Source: Eledone cirrhosa (taxonomy: Eukaryota). From it: 64,000 nt of DNA. This document shows positions 1 through 13,979 of the stretch, one piece after another. The translations under genes were made by a program, and so were the position numbers. Every line of letters starts with the position of its first letter. Position 1 is the first letter of the stretch. Under the pieces are notes generated by a model. The model was not told the DNA's origin. It searched no databases and saw only the letters and a list, made by a program, of their open reading frames with translations. The DNA lies in assembly GCA_964016885.1 (NCBI GenBank), contig OZ024749.1, positions 25,296,001 to 25,360,000 on the forward strand, read 5' to 3'.

Positions 1-566
1 GAACAACTAATTAAAAAACTCAACTCAGCAATACTAAATAAGTACATCCCTAATGACACAGCGCACCCGCATAGCAACATACAACGCACTAACACGCAAC
101 TACAACCCCACCAAACTATCTAAGATACTACTGCAAAACATAAAAATAACTGTAACTGCACCAAACCAGGTACGTGCCCACTGAATAACCAGTGCCTCGC
201 ACGCAATATTGTCTACGGATGTACAATAAATTCCGGAACCAACAAATGGTATTACGTCGGATGTACGGCAACATCTTTCAAGGCTCGACTATACCAACAT
301 CGATCTTCTATTAGGCACGAGAAAATGCGCTCCGTAACAACTCTCGCCGATAAAGCCTGGCAGCTCCGGAGGAACAATCAAGCATTCTCCCTCGATTGGC
401 AAATTATAGCAGCTGCGCCTGCATATAAGCAAAATCATTGACTCTGTAAATTATGCAATACTGCATTATAACGTCGGAAAACAAACTTTTGAACAGCAAA
501 ATTGAACGTTCACTTTACTGTAACCATCGTTTGAAAACGACTTTTTCTTTTTTTAAATGCATGTAA
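1..566 (+). pseudogene. Penelope-like element ORF 3' part (Cys-rich linker + GIY-YIG endonuclease), decayed
   Basis: Manual translation of frame 1: CNCTKPGTCPLNNQCLARNIVY...YYVGCTATSFKARLYQH...CKLCN; after a frameshift LNSKIERSLYCNH. Internal stops at 121 and 439. Same motifs as 58900-59559. Confidence 0.9.
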
Positions 567-975
567 TGTTACCTTTTTGCACCACCGTTTGCAAATTTCT
601 GTTTTATATGTTTATACACACGATATGGCTTTCTATAATAATAGTACTAAACACTGTTTTTGGACCCCTTTAGAAATAACCTGCTACTATAATAGCCCCA
701 ATAACTTGTCTGTAACTCTGTACCGCTTTAACCCCTTTAACTAAATTTTGTCCAAACAACACCACTAGAGGAATTTACTTCCCCCGCCAACCCTAACACG
801 CCTCATTAAGCTAACTGCTGCCAAAGCATTCTCTCCTTACAATCTCTACTACTCTGACAGTCTTAAATCCTAGGACTCCCTCCCCCTTACTCGCTTCCCT
901 CTTCCCCTTCCCTTCCTACCACCTTCTTTCTCTTTTATCTAGTGTATAAAATATTTTCATATCATTCCACTACAA

Positions 976-1092
976 AGGTCTGAAGACATGGTGTGTTTGC
1001 TTACAGTGTACCTTCGGTTTATGATAATATTTTAATATTATTCAAATAGCGAGGTATAGGTAACCCATACACTATAGAAACAATTGTTACCT
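976..1092 (+). ncRNA. Type I hammerhead ribozyme with ~90-nt stem II region, in PLE 3' region
   Basis: AGGT-CTGAAGA-[cATGGTGTGT...ATACACTATa]-GAAA-CAATTG-TT-ACCT. Stem III is palindromic. Lies downstream of the GIY-YIG ORF, with TATAAA at 945. The first stem II position is a C.A mismatch. Confidence 0.7.
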
Positions 1093-1136
1093 AATACATT
1101 CTTTATACCCGCATTTCCGTTTCATAAACTTCTTCT

Positions 1137-1212
<76 letters not shown>

Positions 1213-1224
1213 ATATATATATAT

Positions 1225-1572
1225 ATTTATATACTCTTTTACTCTTTTACCTGATTCAGCCATCCGGCTGAGGCCAAGTTGCGGCACCGCCCTTGTTGCT
1301 ACACATTTTCACATTTTATCTCCAGCCTGTATAGGTTGGCCGCTGGTGTAAGAGGGCGTTTGTTGCTGCTGCCCTTAAGTTTCCCCCGTGACTTGCTGTC
1401 GACTCATCCGAGATCCTAGATAGCAAGCTATCGAGATGTTTCTTGAAGACATCCACCTCCACGTCATGCAAATCTCTCAGATCCCTCGGCAGCTTGTTGA
1501 AGAGTTGAGGGCCCTTGAATCCCAGGCTATTGCAATACCTGTTCCGAATTCTAGATGTGGAAGACGGGACCT
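1225..1572 (-). mobile_element. CR1/L2-group LINE 3' fragment
   Basis: Minus translation [47 protein letters not shown] is typical of a CR1-group ORF2 C-terminus. Short TAAAAGAG repeat tail. Confidence 0.7.
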
Positions 1573-1575
1573 TAT

Positions 1576-1669
<94 letters not shown>

Positions 1670-1766
1670 ATAATAATAAATTTCAAGACTAAAATCTGTT
1701 ATTTTAATAAATTAATATATATATATATATATTTATTTATATATATATATATTTATCTATATATAT

Positions 1767-1855
<89 letters not shown>

Positions 1856-2425
1856 AATATATTACACAAAGAGAAGTGTGTTACACAGTGAGATGTGTGT
1901 AAAGAATTATTACAAGTGAGTTTTACCGTTACTGTATGGAGAACAATATGTACAGGTTTAGCAATTAAATCGAAAAAAACTAAGTCAGAATCAAATTACT
2001 GAATTAGAGTTTTAAATTACCAACCTTATAGCTATAAGTTTCTGATACGAGTCTCGTTCAGTTCACCACCGACATGTGTAGTATAACAGTCCACAGGATC
2101 CTCGGTCAGCAAATGTGGATACTGTTCACGACACATCTAACCTCATGGATAGAGAGAAAGCTAAATATTAAATATATACATATATGTATTCGTTAAATCA
2201 CAAATGGTTAGAGTAGGATGAAAGAATATAATGATAAATAACTTATAAAAGATAAATTAATAAATTAGAAGTTATGTTAGAGGTTAAGAAATATAGGATA
2301 GTAGGTTTATGATGTTTATTTAGTGATTAGTTCGTTTGTTGACAGTTAATAATAGTGAGTTGGTATGTACTTATTATAATAGACTCTTGGTGGTTCAGCT
2401 TGAATTATGGGATTGTTGGATCGTA

Positions 2426-2600
2426 TCATGTTGGTTTGAAATTTGCGAATTTAGCAGCTGCTTTGTGCCTACAGAAAATTGATCGTACTATTTTGCTGTT
2501 AAGCAGCATTTTGTCATATTTTAAAATATGGAACAGTTCCATATTGCAAAGTCCGCTATTTTCAACAATATGGAACAGCTCAATATTGCAAATTACATTA
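2426..2600 (-). pseudogene. PLE GIY-YIG C-terminal fragment
   Basis: LCNMELFHILKYDKMLLNSKIVRSIFCRH matches the LC..E...LN......C.H terminus of the other PLE copies in the window. Confidence 0.7.
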
Positions 2601-2689
2601 TTTTCAACAATCATATTATGTTCATATATTTTTTTCACGTATATATTTTTTTACTTATTTTTCATCATCTTCATTCTAACTTCTTTATT

Positions 2690-2950
2690 ATTTCTTCTTT
2701 TTTTCTTTTTCTTTTTCTTTTTCTTTTTCTTTTTCTTTTTCTTTTTCTTTTTCTTTTTCTTTTTCCTTTTTCTTTTTCTTTTTCTTTTTCTTTTTCTTTT
2801 TCTTTTTCTTTTTCTTTTTCTTTTTCTTTTTCTTCTTCTTCTTCTTTTTCTTTTTTCGTTTTCTTTTTCTTTTTCTTTTTCTTTTTCTTTTTCTTTTTCT
2901 TTTTCTTTTTCTTTTTCTTTTTCCTTTTCTTCTCTTTCTTTCTCTTTCTT
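2690..2950. repeat. (TTTTTC)n hexanucleotide microsatellite
   Basis: Direct reading of the sequence. Confidence 0.95.
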
Positions 2951-3169
2951 CATTATTGATGTTGTTAGTTGAATTCTCCGTAATACAAATACAAATATCG
3001 AGTATAATTTTGCCAGTTATTCTGATGATTTGATTAGGCATACATTGTATTTAAGATTCAGTGACACAACTTCAAGTGATTATCAATCTTTAGACATCCT
3101 AATGAATGAAATAATTGTTAATACTATAAATAAAACGAGTTTTGTACTGTTGACCATGTTATTCTTCAC

Positions 3170-3237
<68 letters not shown>

Positions 3238-4034
3238 TGTGTTCCCAATGAATATCTAGAGCTTACAACAGTTACTAAAGTTACCTAATTCGTTACTCTG
3301 AGCCAGGCATCAATATTCTATATAGAAATAACTTCTACAAGACTAGAACTGCTTCATTCGTATGACATCACCAGGAAATAATAAGAATGAACATTTTCTG
3401 ACCCCCTACAATGTATTTCGATGTAACAACCCAAATCCTATTATGTCTCCTAATATTAAAAATACAAAGTACGCCTTATTAGATCGGATAAAGGAAATTA
3501 AACTACAATTGGTGTTTGCAATGCTGATAAGCTGATACTTTCTCCTGGTCACAACTATCTACGGACCAGGGCTTTGCTTGAATCACACATGTAGTAATCC
3601 CTCCTAGTTTAAAGTAGTAAGCCTGTATAAAAATCCATCTTGTCTCGTAGTATGCAGTAGTTCATGCAAAGACAATCAGTTTAATTACATGACCTCGGTG
3701 TCGTGAACACCAGTGACTCCGTAGGTGTTCGACTATTAATTCGGCAATAGATAGCTACAACTTCTCTTATTAGCGGCGTATGCAGGCGTGGCGTATGAGT
3801 ATAGAAGTGAGACAAGCAAACTTGCTTCACCTTCGATAGAGGGATAACTCAAACAGCATGAGAAGTATCAGAATGATATAAAAAGCTGTAGTATCAATTA
3901 TCTTTAATGAAAGAATTAATAAACTAGAATATGCAAATATTTTCATATTTTCATTTATCCATAATATATAACATACCAGTCATACACGTCGGCCGATAAT
4001 ATAAAGTGTTTCCTTTTATTAATTATATTGTCTT

Positions 4035-4185
4035 AGGGCGGAGGATTGGCAGTATCGGTGGAGCGTCAGACACCATGCTTTGCAGCATGGAGTTATAACC
4101 CTTTACGTTCTGAGTTCAAATCCCACCTAGGTTTACTTTCACTTTCATCCTTATTGGTTCGATAAAATAAAGCACCAGTAATGCA
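4035..4185 (+). mobile_element. tRNA-derived SINE (diverged copy)
   Basis: Box A-like TGGCAGTATCGG, box B GAGTTCAAATCC, core CTTTCATCC...CGATAAAATAAAGCACCAG. Confidence 0.85.
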
Positions 4186-4600
4186 TGCGGCAATTGCTGT
4201 CCATGTGCCAAAAGTAGGACCAAGTAGAACCAATTAATTCTATGGTATTTTGTCCGTATAAAAAATATATCATCATGTAAAAAATATATCATTATTATCT
4301 CTAATATAATTTGAAATTCGTCGCTATTTTTATACCTTTAAGACTTTACTTTCACATAGATAATGAAAATTAATTACCATACGAAGAAAATATTTCGTCC
4401 AATCATATTGAAACATGCCTGCTTAATTAGCAAAACAAGAAACTAGTTCATTTAGCTTTGTTACAAAAACTTATTCAACAAATGTTGAGAACATTAGCGA
4501 ATATTCTCTACAGGTGTTTTAAATTACACGGTTTTGAAAATAATGTCTTCAACAAGTCCTTTATATATATATTTATTTTTACCACATACTGTATATATGG

Positions 4601-4660
<60 letters not shown>

Positions 4661-4671
4661 GAAAATGTTTA

Positions 4672-4767
4672 ACCCCGACAGCAGAGCTCAAACCGTTTCG
4701 ACGGCTATTTCTAGACTAAATTAGAATTTTTTAGCGTGGTAATAAATAACGTAACTTTTCAAGGGGT
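4672..4767 (-). ncRNA. Type I hammerhead, U3-A8 core variant, long stem II
   Basis: Minus strand: ACCCC-TTGAAAA-[G..TATTT...AAATAGCCGTC]-GAAA-CGGT ttgagctct GCTG-TC-GGGGT. Confidence 0.7.
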
Positions 4768-5075
4768 AATTCCTTATATGGGATATTGTAGTTGTCAAAA
4801 GGATTGATCAAAGTTTCTTGTAAACACAATAAAATATTACATGTCGGTGGTGGCTGAACTTCATGCACACTCCTTAGAATTCCATACACACTCCTTAGAA
4901 TTATCTGTATTGAATTCACTTTCAACGCTTGACCGGCTCCAGCCACTCTTTCGTTGTTCTCCAGGCAAGTTCAGCAAGACCCACCTTCCACCCACCGCCA
5001 TGAAAGATTTAATTATGTTTACAAGAAACTTTGACCAATCCTTTTGACAACTACAATCTTCCCATATAAGGAATT

Positions 5076-5170
5076 ACCACTTGAAAAGTTCGGCTATATA
5101 TTACCACGCTAAACATTCTAATTTAGTCAAGAAACAGCCGTCGAAACGGCTTGAGCTCTGCTGTCGAGGT
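5076..5170 (+). ncRNA. Type I hammerhead, U3-A8 core variant (inverted partner of 4672-4767)
   Basis: ACCAC-TTGAAAA-GTTCGGCT...AGCCGTC-GAAA-CGGC ttgagctct GCTG-TC-GAGGT. Confidence 0.65.
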
Positions 5171-5574
5171 TAAAAATGTCCCTATTAGCCACTCTACTAC
5201 CCTAAGTATGGTCCATCTGGTTCCTTACCACACTTCCTTCTTTATGTATATACATATATACACAACACACACAAACACACATATATGTATATATATATAT
5301 ATTTTTTTTTTAAACCTAAAATCTTGACTCTTCACCCTAAAATAGCATAAATTAAATATTTTCAAACTTAGCCGTTTAACTTTCGGAAAATCTCCTACAT
5401 ATATTCCCTCTCTATATATATATTACCTCAGCGGCTCTCATTGACTGCTTTCCCTGATAAATTGTAGTATCATACATTTTAAAATTTCTATAACTTTTAC
5501 ATTAAGCAACGTTTTTCTTACTCACACATTCTCTATTGAATTTATTACGTTTTCGCATTTTCTCATTATTAGGG

Positions 5575-5650
5575 TATAAATGTTAAACTTTCTCTTAGGT
5601 TAATCACTACCTTGATTAAATCTTAACCATTTAACATCTCAAGGTATGTC
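5575..5650 (+). promoter_or_regulatory. Putative Pol II promoter (TATA + Inr) and 5' splice site of a PLE terminal repeat
   Basis: TATAAA at 5575, TCACT about 29 nt downstream, AG|GTATGT at 5642-5649 just upstream of the hammerhead. Confidence 0.4.
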
Positions 5651-5657
5651 ATGTATC

Positions 5658-5720
5658 ATTATATTTTGTCTGATGAGGACGTACTGTTGTACATCCGAAA
5701 TATGTATAATAAAATGTAAT
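5658..5720 (+). ncRNA. Minimal type I hammerhead ribozyme
   Basis: 12-bp stem [25 protein letters not shown]; CTGATGA; stem II GGAcGTAC-tgtt-GTACaTCC; GAAA-TATGTA-TA. Predicted cleavage after 5708. Confidence 0.85.
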
Positions 5721-5854
5721 TGATAAAAAGAACATCTATTATATTAATATTTTATTTTAATATTAATAACTCTGGAAGATTATTTTTTCATAGAGTGCTT
5801 CCAATCTACTGTAAAACTCATTCTTTGATATACTCATTGAATCTTGTTTAACTC

Positions 5855-5925
<71 letters not shown>

Positions 5926-5930
5926 TATAT

Positions 5931-6065
5931 GAGAGACGTAAAATAAGAAAATTATAAAATTAACTTACTTTTAGTAAGTAAGTTAATTTTATAATTTTCT
6001 TATTTTACGTATTTGCTAGCATTGATATGCATCTGTATGTATATATATGTTACTAGATATTAATT

Positions 6066-6068
<3 letters not shown>
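5931..6068. mobile_element. Short fold-back copy of the 16418-17299 family
   Basis: ACGTAAAATAAGAAAATTATAAAATTAACTTACTT followed by its reverse complement, then the tail TTTGCTAGCATTGATATGCATCTG shared with 17240-17299. TA-flanked. Confidence 0.8.
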
Positions 6069-6113
<45 letters not shown>

Positions 6114-6800
6114 ATATATGTATATATATACATATATACAAAGAGAAATGTATGATGAACCAAATTCAATTATACATCATCTTTCCAGCACTTGCAATTT
6201 CAGCAGAATTCCTAAGAAAGCATTTTCAAGACAATAAACAAAGAAACAAACACACAAACAAAATACAAAAAAAAACGATATAACACAAAATATACAAACA
6301 AATAAAACACAACGAAACACAGAAAGCGACTACAATAACAAGCAACAACAAAATATATAATATATTCATTATTGGAAATTTTTATATTTTCTCCCTATAT
6401 GTTTTACTCCTTTCTTTCAAAATGAAAAATAGAAATATTTAAATACAGATACGATGTAATTAATAAGCATTCTATATATCGGGTATTGCTATGCTTTTTT
6501 CTATATTTATTATATTATATTTAATTATGTATTTATATTCGGTATCCATTTTTGTGTACCAAATACTCCCTACAGAATGAAATAATTTCAGTTCTTTCAG
6601 TTTTATCTCTTTTATTGATTTTAGTATGTTTTATTTTTGTTTTGTTTTTATTTTAATTATTTTGGTTATTGTTTTCTTTTAGTGTTTTCACAAATGGTGT
6701 GAAAATTCTAAAAGCTTTATACAGTACTGTATACGTAGATACACATACATATATTCATACACACACACACTCACACATACACAGACGCACACACACACAT

Positions 6801-6895
<95 letters not shown>

Positions 6896-7474
6896 TATAT
6901 ATATATGTGTATATATATATACATGTATATGTGTATCTGACTAAGTATGTGTGGCGATATGTATATATATTTTCACACATGCATTAAATACTATATATGA
7001 ATATATGTATACGTGTATGTGTATGGAGGTATGTTCACTTGTATATATATATATATATATATATGCCGGCACATATATGCATATGGTTATACACGCACAC
7101 ATACATACATACATACTTACGTTCATATTCACATACATTCATATATACATTCATATATACATATACGTATGGGTGTTCGTATATGATTACGCAAGCGTAC
7201 ACATACTTACGCACATGTGTGTGTGCATGTGTGTATGTGGGCAGGTTTGACTATGCTAATTACTCTATGATAAGCTGGCATTATCTCACATACAATTAAC
7301 ATATATCAATTTCTACACGTTCCTAAAAGCAATTTATTTCGATTATTTCGACGTTTAATAAACAGAAGCACCATCTTTGCACGTGTCCGTACTGGTGCAT
7401 TTATGTAATCACACTTACATACATACATATAAAATTGTGTGTCTTTATATAGGTATATATATATATATATATAA

Positions 7475-8545
7475 AGATCGATCAACTTACGTCAAATCGG
7501 ACAGAGGAAAAAATGTTTCCGTTGATCTTTCCAGTTGCTAGTATTATCTACCGGTCGCAACTCCAGGTAGAGGGAGCAACGCGAAATAAAGTGTCTTTGT
7601 CGGATAGCACGGCGCCTAAGCCAGTGGTGTAATTTAAAGATGATGCCAACATTATTTGGGCAATGGTGATGGAATATTTTCCAAATCATGCAGATAATGT
7701 AGCGCTCACGGCGACGCTGGAGTGTATAAAGTATAGCTTTTCTAGTCGACTCCAATAGTCAAGGCCTGTCATGCCATCTATCCTTTTTGTAATTGACATT
7801 TGAGGTGCTTCAGCTTTCATGATACATTGTTTCGTGTGGAGATATCACAGTGGCCAAAAGTATTCAAGGCGGTGTCGGGTAAAAGTGGAGAAGAGAACCT
7901 CTCGACTGGAGGGTTCTGAGAATCCGGGAACACATTCTGCGGGCCATGTCACCTTTGCTGTTTATATGAGTGGTGGAGCATATGTTGTTTTGCACAATTC
8001 CTTCCCAGTCTTTGATGTTGTTGGGTGCAACGAGAGTTTCACCTGAAGGAAGGGAGTATGGGAGTTTCAGGGCAACCTCTTTTCTAAAGCAGATTAACTC
8101 AAATTTATCCTCGACAGCAGCATATTGTTCTTTTCGTCCACTGGATAACAGCAAGTAGCTCTGATTGGAGGCATATCCGGTCACCCACGCCATTCATGGA
8201 GCTTGGAATCATTTGCGAAGATGATTATGCTACTGTGCTTTATTATGTCAGTAATGTCATTAATATCGATAATTGTTTCAACATTTGGCACAAGGCCATC
8301 AATTACCCAGTACATTGCTGGTACTTTATTTTTATCAACCCCGTAAGGATGAAAGGCAAAGTTTACCTCGGCGGGATTTGAACTCAGATCGTAAAGGGAC
8401 GTAACTATTCTGGAAACATGGCGTCCGACTCTCTACCTATACTGTCAATCATTAATATAGATAATGAAAAGAAGTGGGCCCAACACAGTGCTTTGTGGGA
8501 CACCACTACTGACTTTGGCTATGCTGGATTTAACTCCTTCGACCA
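7475..8545 (-). mobile_element. CR1/L2-group LINE RT fragment, decayed and interrupted by a SINE
   Basis: Minus translation [21 protein letters not shown] | DITDIIKHSSIIIFANDSKL, plus KFELICF and LQRRRERYIICMIWKI. Confidence 0.85.
8274..8448 (-). mobile_element. tRNA-derived SINE inserted in the LINE, 17-bp TSD
   Basis: Family consensus sequence. TSD TCATTAATAT(C/A)GATAAT at 8257-8273 and 8449-8465. Confidence 0.9.
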
Positions 8546-9189
8546 CTATACATATATATATAGAGAGAGAGAGAGAGAGATGCATATATTTTTCTATATA
8601 TAGATATGCATATAATGTTCAATTTATGGCTGTCTTCATATTTTTAGTGCGATCCATCTCCTTGGGCGTTTCTGTATTCCGATCTTATACATATTGTCAG
8701 CTTAACAATGGCATTATATAAGAAATGCACGGGTAATTCATTTTTTTACTATTCATTTCAATCCTGCTTAATTAAGAAGTAAATGCAAATCAATGAATAA
8801 CATTTAAAATTATTTGTCTGTCATTTAAAATATCTTAAATAATCTCTCATGGTTTTTTTTTTTTTTTTGATTGTTGGAACCAGATACATAATATTCCAAT
8901 AGAGTGATTTAATTATACAGAAAGCATGTATTAAATAGTACATTATTTCACAGGTAAAATAGCAAAAATTCTACATAAAAATACCAATGTAAAATTTCGT
9001 TGTTTTATCTTAATGTATGCACTATGTTACAGCACGTAGTGCAAATAAAGCTAGCTTCCTCAGTAAATCTCGCATGTACCGATGAAGCTACTAATGTTAC
9101 CTCTATGTGCTGTAGTATAATGTATACATTAAGAAGAACTAAATGAGGTTTTACATTGATATTTTTGGGAAGATTTGTGGGAAGGTAGA

Positions 9190-9650
9190 TTAAATCGACC
9201 TAAATGCGTTGTTCGTATTTTATAGTATCAAAGCCGACGGGATTTCAAATCAGAACGCAGCGAAGCATGTTAACCGACGCTCTACTGAGACAGCAAATCT
9301 AAGTCACTATAAATAATTGTTTCTACTTTAGGCACAAGCCCAGCCCTTTGAAGGGGATGTCGATTAAATTGACCCAAGTGAAATACTGTTGCTTTATTCA
9401 ACCCCGTGGGTGTGAAAGGATAAAGCTAACCTCGACGGGATTTCAACTCAGAACGCCGCGAAGCGTGTTAACAGACGCTCTACCGAGACAACAGATCTGA
9501 GACACTGTAATTAATATTTTCTACTTTAGGCACAAGGCCAGCAATTTAAAGCTCAGCGGAATGTCGATTAAATCGACGGGATTTGAACTCAGAACGTAAA
9601 GAGACGTAATCATATGATGCGAACTATGATATCCGACGCTCAACCTCCCT
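9190..9650 (-). mobile_element. Three tandem diverged SINE copies
   Basis: Repeated TTTCTACTTTAGGCACAAG, GATTAAAT(C/T)GAC and CGACGGGATTT(C/G)AA(C/A)TCAGAACG motifs. Confidence 0.75.
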
Positions 9651-9949
9651 ATAAGATGCTCTAATTAATGAATGAGAATATTAAAGATAATTGAACGTGA
9701 AGACCTACATTGGTGGCTGATATCATGTCATGGTAATTGATGGCGCATAAGATTAAATGACTCCATTATCTGACACCAAAACAACACCTGTGTATATTTG
9801 ACTTCTCGAAGTAAGGTTTAGATTTAATCTTTCGTTTACTAATGAGTCAATCCACGAATAGAATATTTATAAAATATGAATTCTACTTATTTTCATATTA
9901 GAGTCTGTCGTGTTTCTTTATTTAAATGTAATTTATTTATCTGCAAATA

Positions 9950-10148
9950 ATTGTTTATACTTTGGACACAAGGCCAGCAATATTACCCCAGTGTATTACT
10001 GGTACTTTATTTTATCGACTCCGTATGGATGAAAGGCAAAGCTAACCTCGTCGGGATTTGAACTCAGAACATAATGGCCCATAACTCTATGCTGCAATGC
10101 CTGGTGTCAGACGCTCTATTGATACTGCCAATCCACCTCCCTAAAATA
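9950..10148 (-). mobile_element. tRNA-derived SINE with TSD
   Basis: Full family sequence flanked by TTATCTGCAAATAA-like repeats. Confidence 0.9.
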
Positions 10149-10526
10149 TTATCTGCAATTATTATCTGCAAATAATATCAGAAGAATTAGGGCCAACGAA
10201 ATATGTCACTCAGCATAATACCATCACTTTTTCATTGAGTTTATGCAGTAAAATTACTTACCCTGTAAAGTTTGGAGTCGGGATTCCAGGCGGAAGATAA
10301 AGTATAAATTATGTCACGGATATTGTGAAGCATTCTCCTGTGCATTACAGACATGATCTACTCAGGGGTATATCCTGAAAAACATGGTTGGATAACATCC
10401 ATGTGCTCAGCAGGTCTCGCTTGGTGATCCATTCAGATAAATTGGACATAGATGGTTCTGAAAGGACCCGCTTGCAGGAGTGTTTGAAGTCAGTTGACTA
10501 CAACCCTCTCAAAAATAATTGGGCGG

Positions 10527-10582
10527 AGGAGGAGGAGGAGGAGGAGGAGGAGAAGAAGAAGAAGAAGAAGAAGAAGAAGAAG

Positions 10583-10619
<37 letters not shown>

Positions 10620-10680
10620 CCAACCACAACAATAACAACAACAATAACAACAACCATCACCACCACCACCACCAGAACAA
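10527..10680. repeat. Compound trinucleotide microsatellite (GAG)-(AAG)-(AAC)-(CAC)
   Basis: Direct reading of the sequence. Confidence 0.9.
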
Positions 10681-11487
10681 TAGAAAACAATACTGTGCCA
10701 CGCGTCTCCGGTTTATTTTTTTTTTCCTATATACTATTTGTTATTTCCTTCCAGCATTCTCGTGGTTTCTTGAAAACTGACGAAGCGACACATACAAACA
10801 AAATATATATTAAACGAAAATGAATAATGAACATTATTCTACATATATATATATATATATATATATATAAATTCATAACAAGAAATACTAACAAAAGATA
10901 CTAAATAAATACAAGATCTACAGAAAAATATGACAGAAATATAAATTTATTAAGAGTACAATAAAAAGAAGCAAAAGAAATCTATAGAAATCGAAGACTA
11001 TAAAAGAAATGAAAAAACACCGAGACTCTGACAATAGTCTGAAATGAGAAAAATTTTTAATTTAGTGCCAAAATAAAATTAAGACAAAGGACGTGAATTA
11101 ATCATGTTCATGGAAATCTAATCCTTATTTATTCTGGTTTTGGATTGCAGAAGACAATTGTACGCCGAGAAATTACTGTTTTACAGTCAATGATTTACTG
11201 TGTAAGATAACAGAAGATAAGGAATGAAAGGAAAACATATTATATATAAACAAAAATAAACGAGTGAGAGGGTGAGAAAGAAAAGTTCGTGAAGATATAT
11301 GGTAGAACAAGAGAGAGAAGGTGGAGAGAGAGAGGGAAAGGAGAGAGAGACAGAGAGAGGCTAAGAGCGCGCAGAAAACTTAGTGGAAGAGAAATACAAG
11401 GAATATATATATATATGTATGTATATATACACACACATATACACATACACGCACACGCACACACACACACACACATCTATCTATCTA

Positions 11488-11554
<67 letters not shown>

Positions 11555-11576
11555 GTAATCTGAGTTTTTCGAATAT

Positions 11577-11617
<41 letters not shown>

Positions 11618-12797
11618 AGAATGGGAGGAGGAAATTTGAAGAGAAGGATAGAGAGAAAAATAGAAATACAAACAATGATTGAAGGGAGGGAGCAATATAT
11701 ATATATATATAAAGAGGTAGGGAGAGAGAAAGACAGAAATAGAGAGTGACAGAGATAACGAGAGAGAGAGAGAGAAATACAGAGATTAGAGAGAGGAAGA
11801 GACTGAGAGATAGAGAGACAGGGTAGAAAGGGACAGAGAGGCAGAGAGAGACTGGGCGACGCAGAATGAGTAAATCGGTGGAGAAATGTATAAATCGGTA
11901 GCAACGGAGAGAATGAGGGGAGAGGAGGGGGGCGAGAGGGAAAGAGAGTAAAATAGAAAAGTAAACAGGGAGTAAAATGAGGGAGAAAATGAGAGAGAGA
12001 AACATAGAAAAGAAACATTAAGAGTAATAATAAGGTTGAAAGACAAGGGACGGATATATTAAGATAAATGGATATATTAACAAGACATAGAGATAAACAG
12101 AAAGACAGAACCAAAGACGCAATTAGGGAGAGATAGATAGAAACAAAAGGAGATAAGGCAGGATTTGGAGCTGAATGATATGAGAGGAAAATTAGAATTC
12201 GATGATAACCAATAAAAATCAATCTACTAAATAAATAAAATAAATATATAAAAATAAATGAAATAATAAACAAACAATAAATGAATCAATGAATAAATAA
12301 ATGTATAAATAAAAAAAGAAATGCTATAAATAAATACGAGGAGACATGAATTAACAAGATCCAATTAAACAACAAACATAATACAGCAAGATTTGTGAAA
12401 AAAAATGGCTGACATAAAGAAAATCGAACACAAAGACCGAAAAAGAAAATAGAAAGTAAACGAGAAAGAATAAGAGAGGGGGGCAGGTTTAACTAACAAT
12501 GTACTAATTACTATAAAACATCGAACAACTACTTAAGTTGTGGATAACGTTTGAAGGCAGAGGCGTTGGGCATAGCTCAAGTTTATTAGCCGCCATCTTA
12601 AACCACTAAAAATGATTTGCTTTTATTTTAATTCACATCAAAATCTCATTTGATTTATCGAATTTCCATCCCTAACAGCCGTGTCTCGTGGTTAAGCATT
12701 TTCTTGTATTGGTTTTTTAATTATATTTCGTTTAATCGTATGTGTATATACATATATATATATATATATATGTAATCTGAGTTTATCGAATACTAAT

Positions 12798-12984
12798 AAT
12801 TGTTTCTACTTTAGGCACAAGGCCAGCAATTACCCAGTGCAATACTGCTAATTTATTTTATCGACCCCGTAAGGATGAAAGGCAAAGTCAACCTCGGCGG
12901 GATTTGAACTCAGGTCGTAAAGGGACGTAACTATGCTGGAAAGCATGACGTCCGACCCTCTACCGATACTGCCAATCCACCGCC
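12798..12984 (-). mobile_element. tRNA-derived SINE, young copy with 15-bp TSD
   Basis: Box A, box B and core GCCTTTCATCCTTACGGGGTCGATAAAATAAA (resembles the Meta-SINE central domain, from memory). TSD TTATCGAATA(C/T)TAAT. Confidence 0.92.
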
Positions 12985-13564
12985 TTATCGAATATTAATC
13001 ATGATATTCGATTTATCGAATATTAATAATGATATTCGATTCGTTTGCAATTATGCAAACAGTCTCTTTAAGCCATGTAAGTAGAATGATTCCGTCATTC
13101 TTGCTCTTGTGTTGTCATATAAAAGGAACGGCAGACACTAATGTTTCTGGGTGATTACCTTTCATCAGTATAGTATACAGAAAATATCATATATTTTCGC
13201 TTACTCTCACAGGTAAGCATTATAAGGTAGAGATGAAGGGTAACCCCCCAGAAATACAGGAGCAAAAATGACGGTATCATTCTAAGTACATGGCTTAATG
13301 AGCCTGTGTGCATAATCGTAAACGAAGCAAATATTATTATTAACATTCGAAGGATTCAGATTACATTTATTGTATACGGCCATGTAGAGCGATAAGACTA
13401 TTTGTTACATATATATATATATATATATTAGAAAGTGAGGTTTTTTTTACAAAATGAAAAATAACCCAGGTGTCCTACACGAGTGAAAGTATAAAGAAAA
13501 AAAATGAAATCGAAAATGCAACTGGAGTCTTATTTTTTTAAAAATATATATATTTATTTGGTTC

Positions 13565-13600
13565 CTTTACCGGTTTCGCAGTTCTTCTGCTTTTCAAAAG
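13565..13600 (-). ncRNA. Minimal type I hammerhead, U3-A8 core variant
   Basis: Minus strand: CTT-TTGAAAA-GCAG aagaa CTGC-GAAA-CCGG-TA-AAG, inside the TA-flanked insert ~13430-13635. Confidence 0.8.
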
Positions 13601-13674
13601 TAGAGTTGAGATGGAGGGTCTGTGGTTTTTCTCACATATATATATATATTTATATATGTATATATATATATATG

Positions 13675-13767
<93 letters not shown>

Positions 13768-13979
13768 TACATACCACGCATCTCAACGTACACCCACATA
13801 CATCTCTCTCTCCACCACCGGATCTTGTTACCCGGAGATTTACCTATTTGCATTGTCGAGGCTTCCAAACGACTTAAAGATATTTTCTTATTATTTCACA
13901 ATACTTCAAGCAAACTTCAATACTCTCATATATATACATATATATATATATACATATATAAATATATATATATATATAT

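Larger units (their letters stand above)
4659..5240. mobile_element. Fold-back PLE-type insertion in (TA)n with two inverted hammerheads
   Basis: Arms ~4659-4853 and ~4991-5183 are imperfect reverse complements. The 3' tail 5181-5240 recurs at 41366-41440 and 62000-62070. Confidence 0.8.

Noticed and set aside
439-441. In-frame TGA in the PLE GIY-YIG region as selenocysteine
   Set aside because: The copy also has a TAA and a frameshift, the TGA is not at a conserved Cys, no convincing SECIS is visible, and the domain order is not Naiad-type.
12400-12600. YY1-like motifs (AAAATGGCTG, GCCGCCATCTT), and NRF1-like GCGCATGCG at 63905
   Set aside because: These are isolated short motifs with no transcript or exon evidence in the window.
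12798-12984. SINE heads as tRNA genes
   Set aside because: Box A and box B are present but there is no cloverleaf, and the copies have a shared body, tail and TSDs.
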